From Yuukianura sp. NJ FZ-2021 (lineage: Eukaryota), in the NCBI GenBank assembly GCA_046563655.1, contig CM102283.1:186001-250000 (forward strand): a stretch of 64,000 nt of DNA, in the 5' to 3' direction. The translations under genes and the position numbers were made by a program. Position 1 is the stretch's first letter. Each line of letters begins with the position of its first letter. A model generated the notes under the pieces. That model saw nothing but the letters and a program-made list of their open reading frames with translations. It was not told the origin of the DNA and ran no database searches. Below, piece by piece: positions 23,346-37,094 of the stretch.

Positions 23346-25507
23346 CTCATGCAGAAACCAGGACGACTCATGCAGAGACGAGGACGACCCCTTATTCCAG
23401 TCGGAGGACCCCCAGGAGGAGGTCAAGGGGCTCTTTCGAAGGAGAGTGTGAGGGAGCATCACCCCCACCACCCAAATCAGCAGATCCAGCGCCAGATGAG
23501 GAAGACGGAGCGGAGGAGCAGCTTCACTCCTGGAGCGGACGGCGAGGAGAGAGGAGGACACAGGACACAGGATCATCATTTGTTTCACAAAAGCTACCTA
23601 TGTTGCCACATTGAGCAATACAAAGTGTGAGGTGTTCCTATCGGCGATTATCGTGGCGGCTGTTTTTACCTGGCGGCGGTTTTTGCCTGGCGGCGGTAAT
23701 TTTTTCGGCGATTGTTGAGCGGCGGTTATTGGTTTGGCGATTATGGGTTGCTACGGATTTAGAAACCCCCTTGAGCAGAGAAGTTGTTAATCAGCGGATG
23801 CTGGTAGTGGACAGGACAGTGGACTGTGATGGATGAGGGCACAACAAGCTTTATTTTCAATTCAATGTTTCACTCGGATTAAGGATTTCAAAAAATCGAA
23901 AAGGATTTTGAAAAGTGTTTTAGACAGGAATTAGAAGGGTGCTGTGCGTTTGGCTATTGCAGATAACCGGCACTCACTGTTTGCTTTTTCCCTTGTGTCC
24001 ATGTAAGCTCAAAATTTCATCAAAATGAAAACTCTAATTTTGGTTTAACATTTTTTAATTTTGAAATTTAATAAGAAAGGGAAAAAATTTCCACTACTTT
24101 GCTCGCTCAATGAGATACGATCCACTTGGATTTCAAACTTTCGAAGGACAAAAATCTCCAAATCTTCCATCGCAACGAATAGACTTTCAAAATTGCTTTA
24201 AAAAATAAGTGAAAATTCAGAGAAAATATTGAGCGGACTTGTCAAAATTGGAAAATTTTTGTACTTTTTTGAAAAATAGAACTTTTGTTTCAAAATTTCA
24301 TGAAAAGTGAAAGTCCATTGGCACTCGGGTTACTTAATTTGGAAAGTTGTAAACTCTCTGGTCATTTCCTTCTGTTTTCTTCTTCCTTATTATTATGCTC
24401 ACCAGTTTTTGGTAGAAGGAAAAGCCTTGTTTAATTTGTTTCCAGAAGTTAGAGTAAAAGTGGCCATTAAATTAAATGGAAAATACTCTCATTCAATTGC
24501 ACAAAAACAACAATTGGAACTTTCTCTTTCTAGTCGGGGTATCATGAATAAGGCGAGAGCGGAAATAGTTACTTCCTCCAAAGAGAGCAAATAGTTAATC
24601 CCTCCAAATGTTATTATTGCTCAGGATTTGGAGCAGGCTGAGGAAAACGACTGGTGGAAGAAGCTTAAGGAATCAAATGGAGACTCGTTTGCAGAAAAAC
24701 CGAATCATATTTCTTTTTTCAACTAATTACACACGTTTTTTTGATCTTGGAGAAACTTGTTCAACTTTCTTTTGAAACTCCTTAACTTTTTCGGTTTTTT
24801 AAAAAAAGTAGGCGCAGAACAGAATGGAAATGACTTTTAATGTGCACATTCCCACTTGGTCTGTGATGTTTCCTTGGAGAGGGGCTGATTTATGGGCCAG
24901 AAGAACCACGGTGGTTTCCTTTCACTTTCTTAAAATTCCCGCTTAGGTTAGAATCAAGGAAAAGGCGGGTGGAGGGAGTAACCAAACCAAACCAGAGAAA
25001 GTTTAATTAAATCTGCGTAGATGCAAAGTTATGCTGGAGAAAGTCAGAGATTCCCATGTTACCCCGAAAATAGATCTGATTTCAGTCGTGCCAAAAATAC
25101 AAATTATAGTGTGTCTCTTTTTAGAAGGCACTTTTCAAATCTGAAAATAATTCCGTTCACCTTTGCTAACACCTTAGTTAACATAGAAATTCTCAATTTT
25201 GTGAAATTTTGTGTATAAACTATATGGAGAAAATGTGTTTTTTTTTTGAAAAACCGATTTTTTTATAAACGTCGCAATGGAAGAGAGAAAACGACCAAAC
25301 CAAAAAATGCCTTCTAAAAAGCGACAAACTATGGACACAACCTCGATCTAAATATTGTTTTATCTCATAACTTGTGTGTTTCCAAAATTTTGAAGTAGTT
25401 GTATTTTTCGTATGTTGATTATTGATAAGTTGATTGGATGTGACGGTTCTCTTGGACCGAAATAATATATTGAGTGGTTGTATCAGAACACAGTGAAATC
25501 TTCTGAA

Positions 25508-26631
25508 AGCCCGTATCACATTGCACCGCTTGCGTTGCTCGTTGATTTTAAATCCAACGCCCAGAATTGAGGCCATCACATTGCAAGATCCTAGCGTCAG
25601 AAATAACGCGGGTTCAAAATTAACGCCGGAACTGTACCAACATCTGTGATGAATGCGGTTGACTTAAGAACATTTTTGAAATTTTTAGCGCCAAACCACA
25701 ATTAACAGTTTTCAATTTGTATAATTTTTTTTTATTATGAATGCCAAAATTTCTAAAGGAATTTGATCATGTAATGTAAAAGGACAGATGTAAGATTCTT
25801 TCTACTGTTCCTCCCAGGCTATAATGAGACTCTGGAATTGAAGAATATGGTGGTTTTCAAGTACACGAAAAACTAAACCGACGATTTTTCCAATAAAACC
25901 ATTCCCTAATTTTGAAAAAACTTTCAAAATTTTGAAAAAACTTTCAAAATTTTGAAAAAAGTTCAAAATTTTGAAAAAACTTTCAAAATTTTGAAAAAAG
26001 TTCAAAATTTTGTAAAAACTTTCAAAATTTTGAAAAAAGTTCAAAATTTTGAAAAAAGTTCAAAATTTTGAAGTAGTACATGGATGAATCATGCTGGATG
26101 AAAAAAATGGTTTTATTTAAGAAATCGTCGATTTGGTTTTTCGTGTACTTGAAAACCACCATATTCCTCAATTCCAGAGTCTCATTATAGCCTGGGAGGA
26201 ACAGTACCTTAGTTAAACTTAAACACATGACCCGGGCCGGAAAACGTGAAAACACTACATATTAATTATACAAAGTGTGCTTTATAATTATATGAACTGT
26301 GACACACTTCACCAAAGCACAATTAAATGTTAAAACTCGATTATATTCGTAAACAAATATAATCAGCTGTGGTCTGTAGCTCTGATTTGATTTTGACGCA
26401 GAGAAAAGTTGGTTCAACTTTTCATCGCGTCAAGTTTTCTTGACGTCAGTTTTGAATCGGAAAGAGGCAGTGTGATAGCTCCCCGATTTTGACCTCGCGT
26501 CAACTTTGAGGCTGAGAAAAAACGCGCGTCAACTCTACGCAGCCTCAAATCCAGTGTGATAGCCTTTTTCTCGCATTGGATTCAAATCCAACGCAAAAAT
26601 TTGAGGTGCGTCGGCAAGGTGATACTGGCTT
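25508..26631. mobile_element. Probable Harbinger-type MITE containing the TA-flanked MITE at 25805-26204
   Basis: Ends AGCCCGTATCAC and GTGATACTGGCT|TAA; internal TCACA/TGTGA subterminal repeats. Confidence 0.4.
25805..26204. mobile_element. TA-flanked (Tc1/mariner-type) MITE with internal 19-20-bp palindromic tandem repeat
   Basis: ~80-bp TIRs starting CTGTTCCTCCCAGGCTATAATGAG; TA on both sides; (TTCAAAATTTTGAAAAAA)n at 25905-26072. Confidence 0.8.
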
Positions 26632-27039
26632 AAGCCTCTAAACCATTCCGCGAGTCGACGTCAAAACGTCCAACGACGAAATGACAGAATAAAACGTAAG
26701 GCGGAACAAGAGGCCTATTATGAAATGATTCAACAGCTTGATCTAGGTTGGAACATTATAACTGTATGAGAACTTACTTAATGAATGAAATTAACAAAAT
26801 TCAATGGTATAGATTCCGTTCATTCAATTACAAGTTTGAGTTCTCCAACATTGGTAGTTATCCAGGCGTCTCTCTATAGTTCCCACGCACAAGTTGCGGT
26901 GTTAGGTTTTTAAATTCGCAATACTGATTACGTCTCGAGGGTTTAGATTGGATAGATTAGTTTTTTTTTTAAAGTTCGCAATACAGATTACTTCTCAAGG
27001 GTTTCTGCTTAGGTTTGTTTATTGCTAATGGTGGTTTTG

Positions 27040-27184
27040 AATTGGATCTGGAGGCGCGCTGTTTGATTGGAGCCTCATTTTGGGTGACGGCGCGTTTTGG
27101 ATGGTGGCGCTTATTCTTTAGGCGCATATTGAGTGGCGCATATTTGAGTGACGCTTATTGAAGTGGCGCTTATGACCAGGAACC
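27040..27184. repeat. Single arm of a GGCGC-repeat foldback element ending in GGAACC
   Basis: Tandem GGCGC words; terminus TATGACCAGGAACC matches the GGTTCC end of the elements at 17478 and 17581. Confidence 0.5.
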
Positions 27185-27204
27185 CATAGTTATTCTCGAA
27201 TAGG

Positions 27205-27345
27205 GTTTCTAAGGTAGCGGAGCTGATATTCCCAGGTTACCCCGAGGTGGCAAAGTTTTTCAAAGTAATCAATGACGGATTTGATGTACTCAACTCTAAA
27301 GTACCAGTTGACGTTGCCAAGCCCTTAAGGCTTTGTTCGCTCGGC
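27205..27345 (+). pseudogene. P-element/THAP9-like transposase fragment
   Basis: Translates AKFFKVINDGFDVLNS, matching the F..ND.FD.LNS motif. Confidence 0.55.
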
Positions 27346-27749
27346 AACTAAGAGGTCTACTAACTACTGAAAATTGACCTTTTTCTAAAATCAGTTAAAA
27401 ATTGTAGGATCGACGTAAAAGGTCAGGTAAGATATCAAAACATGCGGAAGAGCATTGCGGGGTATCCTATGGAATCACACTTTAAATACCTCAACCCGTT
27501 TAACAGTTACAGCCGATAAAACAAAAGTAGTTACGAATAATCGTTGTTTTTTAGGCTTAAACGTGGGATTTTCTAATTTTTTATTCCATAGAAAACCCCG
27601 CAATCGCTTTTCACAAATTTTGATACCATTAATCGTCTTTCTATATCTATCCTAGGGGTCTCTGGCATAAATTTTACCAAACGACCAAAGATTCCGGAAG
27701 TTTAACGTCAAGGTGGACAGATTGGCTTATTACCCAATTTCCCATAAGA

Positions 27750-28067
27750 CTTCTGGTGCACTTCCTGACTGATTGGTAAGACCCTCAGAAAACTAGGACC
27801 ACACTTTTCGTATTAGCACACGCTAATAAATAGCTCATTTGACGATTATTTGACGAAAACAGGACCCTTCGCCTAGAAAACTTAGGTTTTCTAGAAGATG
27901 TTTCTGAAATCCTCGGGAAAACCCTGAAAACCTTTGTTTTCTGGGCGTAGGGTCCTGTTTTCGTCAAATAATCGTCAGGTGAGCTGTTTATTAGCGTGTG
28001 TTATTGCGAAAAGTGTGCTCGTAGTTTTCTGAGGGTCTTACCAATCAGTCAGGAAGTGCACCAGAAG
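27750..28067. repeat. Foldback inverted repeat with ~120-bp arms
   Basis: CTTCTGGTGCACTTCCTGACTGATTGGTAAGACCCTCAG... at the left and its reverse complement ending at 28067. Confidence 0.8.
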
Positions 28068-28550
28068 ATTAGGTCAAAGTTCAGGAATTCCTTTTTTACG
28101 ATTTATTGTTTCGCATTACGTCACTAAGAGTTGGGGCAACGTGAGAATTGAGGATCAGAAATGGCTCACCCACTTTGCCTGACCGTTTTAGAAAAACCGC
28201 GAATGATTCTCAAATTTTAACTTTAACGCAGTGATTCGCGAGTTAGCATGAGTTGTGCAAAATTTCAATCGTAATTAATCCACCCGTTCGGGGTTTTCAT
28301 GATTACGTAGTGTGTAAATTTTCAATTCTCAGTTGTTACCATGTCTACAAAACGTTCTTGGGCGTTATTTTTATTGACCTCCTGTCTCTCCTTAATTTTG
28401 AATCGGCGTAAATCACCACGACATCGGCAAGTGTTTGTATGTTTGTATGAAAGATACAGCTATTCACTGCAAATGATTTGAGTGAAAACGAACAACTATG
28501 CCGACGTCTGCAGTAAAACAGAAACAAATTTTGCAGTTGTTAACGGCAAC

Positions 28551-31500
28551 TGTTGGATAATTGAGTGTTTTCATTTTTTGTGTTTTCAAGATTAGTTTTT
28601 AGAAATGTTTAGTTTTAGGAAGTGAGAATGTTGAGCGCGTTTTCTCTTTCCGATTTCCTAAATTTCAAATAGGCTTTACGCCTGCTCTCAGAGTTTCTCA
28701 CCTCGAGGTGTTAGGTTTTTAGAATAAGAACAAGTTGTAACAAGATTGTAAGTACAAGAAAGAATCTGTAAGTTTTGGTAATTAATCGGTTGATTAATTA
28801 AAGTATATTCAAATTAACTACAGTTTGGTAGTTTTGCGTCGTCCTGTCAGTCATTCGTCAGTAGTCAGTTGCTCCGGCCAGTTAATTTGTAGGAACTCAG
28901 AAAGCGACAGTTGACGGTTAGTTTTCTGGTCGACTTTCTAACATTTTGGTGACCCTTGGCCTCAAATTTACTGGAGTGGTGGAGCAGTAACCTGAGGGAG
29001 AGTTCCAGAGATCGTTCTTGGACACCTTTGGACACTACAGGAGCAAGTTGGAGTATCGTCCGGGTGTGGAGCCGATACTGTCACAATCGAATACGTAGTG
29101 GTCTGTGCCTACCGGAACGGCACTTCCTGAGGTGACGATCGTTCAGATCAACCAGTTTAAATCAAATTCTGATATTTGGTTTTTCTTTTGTTTACCTTTT
29201 TGAGCTATGGATAGAGCTAAACGGGAAAGAGCTGCTGAGAGGAGTGACGTACTGGAAATAGTCAAGTCACTCGAAGATGAATTGCAGAGAGATCCAGTTA
29301 ACACAGATGAGATCGTGACGTCACTACAGTTACTGGATGCTTCTCTACAATCATTGTCCGAACTCGATGAGATGATTAAGGAGTTCATTTTGGATATGGA
29401 AGATGTTGATGGGGGCGTCCTTTCCTCAGAACGGACGGAAAGTCGGGAGTTTCGCAAGAAGGCAACTTTAGTCAAAGTGAAGGCAGAAACGAAACTTCAG
29501 AATCTGTGGAAAAGTCAACGCCCAGTCAGTCCAACAAGAAGCGAGTCATCCAACGCCTACAGTCGTCGTGTCAAACTGCCGAAGATCGATTTGATGAAAT
29601 TCAACGGAGATTTGACGGACTGGTTGGGTTGGTGGGCCCAATTTAAGAAAATTGATGAAGATGAGGAGCTCCACGATTCAGACAAATTCAGTTACCTGGT
29701 GCAGTCCATGGTGTTGGACTCACGGGCAGAAGAAGTTGTCAAGCGATATCCCCAGCCTTCTGAAAATTACCCGAAAGCCCTTGCTGCACTGAAGGAACGA
29801 TTCGGCAAGGAGAATTTGCTCAAGCAAGTGTACGTCCGTGAGCTGATTAAGTTGACTTTGGATAATCGCTCAAAGGAGAAGAGGCCGCTCGCTACACTTT
29901 TTGACAAGTTGGAAGCATCACTTTGTTCCTTGGAGTCCCTTGGTGTCAACATGGAGCAAATGGTGGAATTATTGTTTCCAATGGTGGAATCCAGTCTGCC
30001 GGAAGATGTTCTTCTTGCCTGGCAGCGCAGTCCGAATTTTGGGAAGGACGGATCACGTGAAAATCCTCCAAAATCGGAACTGGATTTTCTTATGTCTTTT
30101 CTGAAGATTGAGATCGAGAATGAGGAGCAGCGGAAGTTAGCCCGGTCTGGAGTCGGCCTCATCCCAGAGAAACAAAAATTTCAGAATCGACCACAACATG
30201 CAGATGAAGATGTTCCAACTTCAGCTGGAATTTTTCGTGGAACAAGTGGAGGTGGGAAGGCGGGAAAAGTCTCCTGCATTTTTTGTGAGAAGCCACACGA
30301 CTCCAACAATTGTTTCAAGGCCCAGAAAATGAAGTTGGAAGAGAAGAAAGAAGTTGTTTCCAAGAAGAGAGCATGTTTTTCATGTCTTAAAGTTGGTCAT
30401 GTCGTCTCAAAGTGCCCCATTCGTGTTAAGTGTTTACTTTGTGGGAAGAGACATGCTATTCTTTTGTGTCCTGGTGCAGAAGTGAAACCGAAAGTGGCTA
30501 CGGAAGAGCAGACAGTTCTCAGCAGTTTGAACTGTACTAGTGAAGTGCTCCTTCGTACACTAATTGTTCGACTTGAAAATCCAGTGACACACCAAACAAG
30601 AAACGTGAGGATGATTTTGGATTGTGGTTCCCAAAAATCCTACATCCTGAAGAAGACTGCAGAGGCCCTGAATTTGGATGTGAAGGAGACTTTGACCATG
30701 AACCACTTGCTGCTTGGTGGAAATGAAGTCGTGGGAAATCGACATTCAATTTTCGAAGTGAACATTGGTAGTCCCCTCAGCAAGTTTTCGTCTTTGTTTA
30801 CACTCATGGACCAAGAATATATCTGTGGCGAGGTTCCGAGGATTCCGGATGGTCCATGGATTCAGCAGTTTAAGAAGAGAGGAGTGAGACTCAGTGACGT
30901 GGATCCGAAAAACCCGATGGAAGTTGAAGTACTACTTGGTGCGGACGTCATGGGAAGAATCTTGGCTGGAAGGATCCAACGGTTGGCCAGTGGTTTCACT
31001 GCAACCGAAACGAAGTTCGGATGCTCAGTTTTCGGTCCAATGTGCGGTACCAAATTGGACACTGTGGCCATGACTGTCATGTCAATGACTATTTCTAGTT
31101 TTTCAGTGTCACAGTTGTGGAACTTGGACACAATTGGAATTCTGGACCCTGTGGAAGTGAAATCAAAAGAAGAGAAGGAGAGAGAAGCCATTGACCATTT
31201 CCAACGTACCGTCAAGCAGAATCCGGATGGTCGGTACTCTATTTCTCTGCCATGGCCAAATGGAATTCAGTCTTTGCCCTCCAATCGTTTAGTTGCCCAG
31301 AAGAGATTGGAGAGTACAACGAGAAAGTTGGTGACACTTGGACGTTTTGCTAATTATGTTTTTAGTGAAAGTTAACAAAGTTTTTAGTGACTGGGAGGAG
31401 GAAGGCATAATTTTCGTTGTGAAAAGTGAGAGTGAGACTGCTAGTTGTCATTTTCTTCCTCACAGAGCCGTGTTCAAGTCCAGTGTCACAACTCTCGTGC

Positions 31501-34500
31501 GACCAGTCTTTGACGCAAGTTGTAAAGTTGGACGCAACCCGTCACTCAATGACTGTTTGGAGAAAGGGCCAAATCTGATCGAACTAATCCCTTCTGTTTT
31601 GCTACGTTTCAGATTTGGACGAATCGGAGTCACCGCTGACATCAGAAAAGCATTTCTGATGATTGATGTGAACGAGCGTGACCGAAAGTATCTCCAGTTT
31701 CTTTGGTGGGAAGACTCGTCACAAAGTCAAGTCAAAGTCTTCCAGCACAATCGAGTTGTTTTTGGGATGAACTGCAGTCCATTTCTTCTGGGAGCAGTCA
31801 TCCTCCATCATTTGGCCAAAAATCGCACTGTGGCACCGACTGTCGTGAGTTTAGTGGAAAAGTCGTTGTATGTTGACAATTTGGTTTTTGCAGTGGACAG
31901 AGAATGTGACCTTGAGAGAATTCGTGAAGTGTCAACTTCAATTATGTCAACAGCAAAAATGGAACTACGACAGTGGGAACAAAGTGGTATTTGTGGTGAA
32001 CAGTTTGTGACTAGTGTCTTAGGTTTGAAGTGGAACAAGAAGACTGATACTCTGTTTTGTGACTCAGTTCCATTTGACATTCCACTTAAAATTACTAAAA
32101 GAGTAATTTTGTCTGTTTTTCAGAAGGTTTTTGACCCCCTCGGATTTTTGGCTCCAGTGCTCATCGTGCCGAAGATGCTTCTTCAGAAAGCCTGGAGTGA
32201 CAACAAAAAGTGGGACGAAGAAGTGACAGAAGAAATCAAAGCGGAATTTTTGTCATGGTCCAAGGAACTGTCCACTGTCATGGAGAAAATTGAAATTCCG
32301 AGGGACGTAACTGGTAACGTTGGCCAGTGCCAACTACACGTTTTTGGAGATGCATCTCAGAAGGCCTATGCAGCAGTAGCGTTTCTACGCGTGTAGACGG
32401 CGACAGACGTGAAAGTTTGCCTTGTTCAATGCAAGTCTCGAGTCGCCCCATTGAAAGCTACTACAATTCCGAGACTGGAACTACTCGCCAGCACCATCGC
32501 AGCAAGACTGGGAGTTAGTGCCAAAGAGGCCCTTCATTTGAGTGATGTCACAACGTACTACTGGTCAGACTCGTCAACAGCACTGTCGTGGATTAGAGGA
32601 AGTGACAACTGGGAAACGTTCGTGGGAGATCGTGTCAAGGAAATTTGCTCTTTGACCAATGTGAGTGACTGGAACCACGTCCCAGGAGTACACAATCCAG
32701 CAGATGTTCCGTCCAGAGGCATCAGTTCCATCAAATTCCTCGAGTCGAAATGGTGGGCAGGACCTGCGTGGCTGAGACTGCCAAAAGAACAATGGTCAAA
32801 TGCTGAATTCGTTGTGGACGAAGCAGAAGTCAACAGAGAGAAGAAGAAGAGCATTTCGTCTCTCGTCAATTTGAATGCTGCATCTGAACATTGGTACATC
32901 AGGAAGAATCACTACGAATCTAATCTCCGTGTCATTTGTTTCGTTCTCAGGTTCGTGAGTAAGCTCAAGAAAATGTCAGTCGAGAAGAGCCCACGACCTA
33001 CGGGAGAAGAACTGGAGACTACGGAGAAGATGCTAATCAAGATTGTCCAATCAGAAGCATTTGACACTACCAAATCAGTCATCGAGGGTCTACGAGTCGT
33101 CAGAGATGAAGAGGGCATAGTTAGAGTGTCTACTAAGATTGTACGAAGAGACGACACAACTACATTTCGGTTTCCAGCCCTACTTCCGCATTCTCACCCT
33201 CTAGTGGATTTGATCATACAGAAGGAGCATCTTCAGAATGTACATGGTGGAGCTCAGCTGATGATGTCAAAGTTACGGGAGAAATTCTGGATCGTGAGAG
33301 GAAGACAGGCAGTGGTCAAAGTCATCCGTCAATGTGTCAAGTGCAAAAGATTCGACGGAAGAAAGCACCACGTCAAACCGTGTTCACTACCAGAACCAAG
33401 AGTACAAGAGGCCAGTGCTTTCCAAGTCACAGGAATTGACTTGGGTGGTCCTCTCAGTCTGAAAAACAAGAAAAAGGCCTACATCGTTTTGTTCACTTGT
33501 GCCGTTTACCGTGGAGTCCATTTGGAAGTGACGGAGTCGTTATCGACAGAAGATTTTTTGCTGTGCTTCGTCCGGTTTTGTAAACGGAAGCAACGTCCGT
33601 CAATTGTTTACACGGATAATGGAACTAATTTTGTGGGAGCCGTCAACTTGTTTAAGAAGATCGACTGGGAGAAAGTGAAACAGGAAACCCAGCAACAACG
33701 GATCAACTGGATCTTCAATCCACCCTCAGCACCGTGGTGGGGAGGCTGGTGGGAACGTTTAGTGCGTAGCACCAAGGATCTGCTCAGAAAGTCACTAGGA
33801 TTTGGTAAATTGTCATTGGGGCAACTGGAGACAGCACTTTGTGAAGTGGAAGCTGCCACCAACCACCGCCCATTGACGTACGTGACCGAAGATCCGGAAG
33901 ATTTTGTGCCGTTGCCCCCTGCCATGTTTATGCACAATCTTCCCTACAGTGAGGTGCCGGAGTCAAGTGTCGTCGTAGTGTCAACACTGAGGAAGGAGCA
34001 AAAGAATCTACAGCAGCTCCACCAAAAAATCAGAGATCGTTTTCGCTCCGAATATTTGGGCCAATTGATACAGAGAGGGAAGGAGCAGAAGATCCGGAAG
34101 TTCGAAATCGGAGAAGTCGTTCTGGTTGAAGTTGACAATCAGAAGCGGATCTTTTGGCCAATGGCGAAGATTGTGGAACTCCTTCCTGGAAAAGACGGAG
34201 AAGTCCGAGTGGCCAGAATCAGGACGAAACCTAACTCAGCTACGTCCCATACAACGGTTGATTCCACCGGAGATCCGAGATGACGTCACAGAAAGCGTCA
34301 CTGGTGCAGGTCAGAAGAGTGGTGTCAAGAAGAGCATCGCAAACCCAAGAAAACTCCAGGAACAGGAGTCAATTGAAGAACTGGAAGTGGAGGTGGAATC
34401 GGATCCCGTTGTTACCCGAAGTGGAAGACAAGTGAGGAAGCCGAATCGGTTCACCTTCAATTAGTTTTAGTTTTTTGTTTCATTTCATTTTCCATTTCAA

Positions 34501-35073
34501 AGTTAAAGTTTAGTTTAATTTGTTTGGTTAAGTTTTTGTTTTCAATTTGAGTTTAGAGTTAAGTTTAAATTTTAGATATTTAACTTTCTCTATTTACTTT
34601 TCCAATAACCTAATTAGTTAGTTAACGTTTCTTCGGTAATTGTTTACCTCAGAAAGTGGGGAGAAATGTTGGATGATTGAGTGTTTTCATTTTTTGTGTT
34701 TTCAAGATTAGTTTTTGGAAATGTTTAGTTTTAGGAAGTGAGAATTTTGAGCGCGTTTTCTCTTTCTGGTTTTCTAAATTTAAAATAGGCTTTACGCCTG
34801 CGCTCAGAGTTTCTCACCTCGAGGTGTGAGGTTTTTAGAATAAGAACAAGTTGTAACAAGATTGTAAGTACAAGAAAGAATCTGTAAGTTTTGGTAATTA
34901 ATCGGTTGACTAATTAAAGTATATTCATTACAAGTAAAGTATATTAACTACAGTTTGGTAGTTTTGCGTCGTCCTGTCAATCATTCGTCAGTAGTCAGTT
35001 GCTCCGGCCAGTTAATTTGTAGGAACTCAGAAAGCGACAGTTGACGGTTAGTTTTCTGGTCGACTTTCTAACA
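28551..35073 (+). mobile_element. Bel/Pao LTR retrotransposon, full length
   Basis: LTRs at 28551-28943 and 34667-35073 (TG..CA); perfect 5-bp TSD GCAAC; PBS TGGTGACCC; PPT AGAAAGTGGGGAGAAA. Confidence 0.96.
29207..34464 (+). pseudogene. gag-pol: Bel/Pao gag-pol: frameshift ~31360 from a short duplication, stop at 32394, frameshift ~34230
   Basis: gag, ILDCGSQ protease, YVDN RT, FGDAS RNase H, integrase IDLGGP/TDNGTNF/PWWGGWWER. Confidence 0.92.
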
Positions 35074-35099
35074 GCAACGATTGGTGTTAAATAAGCAAC

Positions 35100-35520
35100 A
35101 ATAAGCCGTCCTTAAGTTCTGGTTACGGAATAGATGAATTGGAACAAAATGATGCTCTTGCTGACCTAGAAAATTGGATTCGTACCATTCGTCTTTTTAC
35201 TAGGGAAGAACGCTAACAAGCAGAAAAATGTGGAAACGAGTCTCTTTCATAGCCAGAAGGTTTTTTTTTGTCAATCCGATCGTTTCGGAATCTGCTTTAA
35301 CAGATGAGGCAACAGTACGGAGTTCAATACCTCCTTGGGATCCGTACAACCCAAGCTGTATTGGAGTCATCATTCTCACTAATCAGAACGTTTGCGGGTA
35401 ATAATATTACGCCGAATCCAATTAAATTCAGATATAGGATTATATTACTAATCCTTGGGCCACGGACGAGGCAGCCGAAATACACAAATTGTGACATTGG
35501 TGATTTGAATTACTTGAACT
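35100..35520 (+). pseudogene. P-element/THAP9-like transposase C-terminal fragment
   Basis: YLLGIRTTQAVLESSFSLIRTFAGNNITPNPIKFRYRI resembles the YLLT.RL.QD.LE.FFS.IR..GG...P motif. Confidence 0.65.
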
Positions 35521-37094
35521 TTTACTTTTACTTGCGTTTTTAACCTGCCGCATTCGTATCAGAACTGAAGAACTAAATTCGATTAGAGTACCATCCATAA
35601 ATACACAAAAACCAAAAATGTTTAACTTGGAAGGAAAGACAGGGATGCCTACTTTACTAACAAACTTATATCATGTTGAAATCTTTCTTACATTAACAAT
35701 GAAACTTAATTACAACGCACGTCATTTCTTGTTTTCTCATGCAAGAGTTGGTTAGGGTTAGGTTAGGTCGGTCCACAGTCGTCACTCTGCGAGAGGAGCA
35801 ACCCAGCTGATTTTCACCCTCCAAAGGACCCTACCTAGTAGTAGTATTCGATATACCTTGAGCCATGACAGTTACCTAGATTTGTTCGGTAGGAGTGAAA
35901 GCAACAGTAAAAAGATAGGGAGCTTAATTAATCAATCAATTTGAGAATGTAGAATTATAGTTTGATTTTTTATTTCTTTTTTTATGGTTCCAAACATAAG
36001 CGCTCGGTTATCAAAATTGCCATTGCAACCACATTATTTTGCGATAAACAAAACAAAGGTTCAGAAATAAAACTAAAAGAATAACGGAATTTTTAAATAA
36101 TTTTAACACTACATTTCGCTTTTTCTAAAATTGAATCCCTGCTTCTACATTTAGAAGCAGGGCTTCAGCATTTAGAAAGAAAGATGTCGCTGTTTATCCT
36201 TACTGCAAGACAGTGAAAAGTGACTATAAAAAAAGAGAAAAATCAAAACTGGTGAAATACTCCACTGGACTAACAGAATTTGAATTTATCCAATTTGATA
36301 GGTTCTGTATACTATTTATCTACGTTTAATGTACTCCTTAGCATGGGTTTTTTAGTATTGAGTTTGCAACATATTGCAGCTCATATTTTTGGTTCTCATG
36401 TATTTGTCCCACAGATTTAGTATTTGTATGGCTGTGACCGGTGTCTTTGCTCCTTACATAAGTGACACTTATAAAGTGAGCTCCAGCGAAACGAGTACAC
36501 CCGTATTTTGTTTCCATAGAGACGAGTGGAAACATATGTAAACATGAAGGGAAAGTAAACTCAAAATTTGAAACTTTAGCTAAACTGGTATAATGGAACT
36601 TTTGTAAATTGCATTATTTCAATCGTTCTCCCTCCATAGTTTCGAAATTAAACAAATTACTGATTTCTGGGTGTGGGTGTACTCTTTTAACTGGACCTCA
36701 CTGTATAATTCATCCGGTGTAATGTCGTGCTGCGTGTATAGGCACGAAACACAATTAGTATGCTCTTATTTCCTACACATTTTACTTAGCATTGGTTTAA
36801 TTCCAATGGTTGGCATTTTTATCCTGCTAGATCGAGCGCCTTTTCGTCGCAATAAATTGCGCACTTCGAGAATTAACCATTAATTGTGTGGCCTTGTTTC
36901 TTTTTCAGATAATTTACGAGTGCGGTGTCATTTCAAAAGATTTTTATGTTTATGATGTATAGAAGGCAAAATCTACTTAATTACACCAATGGCTTAGTAC
37001 CAAGGTCGCATAAAGCTATTCGTTCTAAGCCTTACTGTTTCTCATTCCATTCAATATAGTTGTACTCTCCACTTCAAATTTGTTTTTGACTAGG

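Larger units (their letters stand above)
18042..23589 (+). mobile_element. Non-autonomous Gypsy-type LTR retrotransposon: intact gag, decayed pol, decayed extra ORF
   Basis: 143-bp TG..CA LTRs at 18042-18184 and 23447-23589 (5 mismatches); PBS TGGCGACC; PPT GAAGGAGAG; 4-bp TSD AAGG/AAAG. Confidence 0.9.
17581..23755. mobile_element. Foldback/MULE-like MITE with AACCGCCG-repeat arms, split by Gypsy insertion 18042-23589
   Basis: Arm 17581-17823 is the inverted copy of 17975-18041 plus 23590-23755; direct repeat GATTTAGA at 17573-17580 and 23756-23763. Confidence 0.75.

Noticed and set aside
25802-26255. Repetitive ORFs (NFFQNFESF)n
   Set aside because: Translations of a 19-20-bp tandem repeat inside a MITE.
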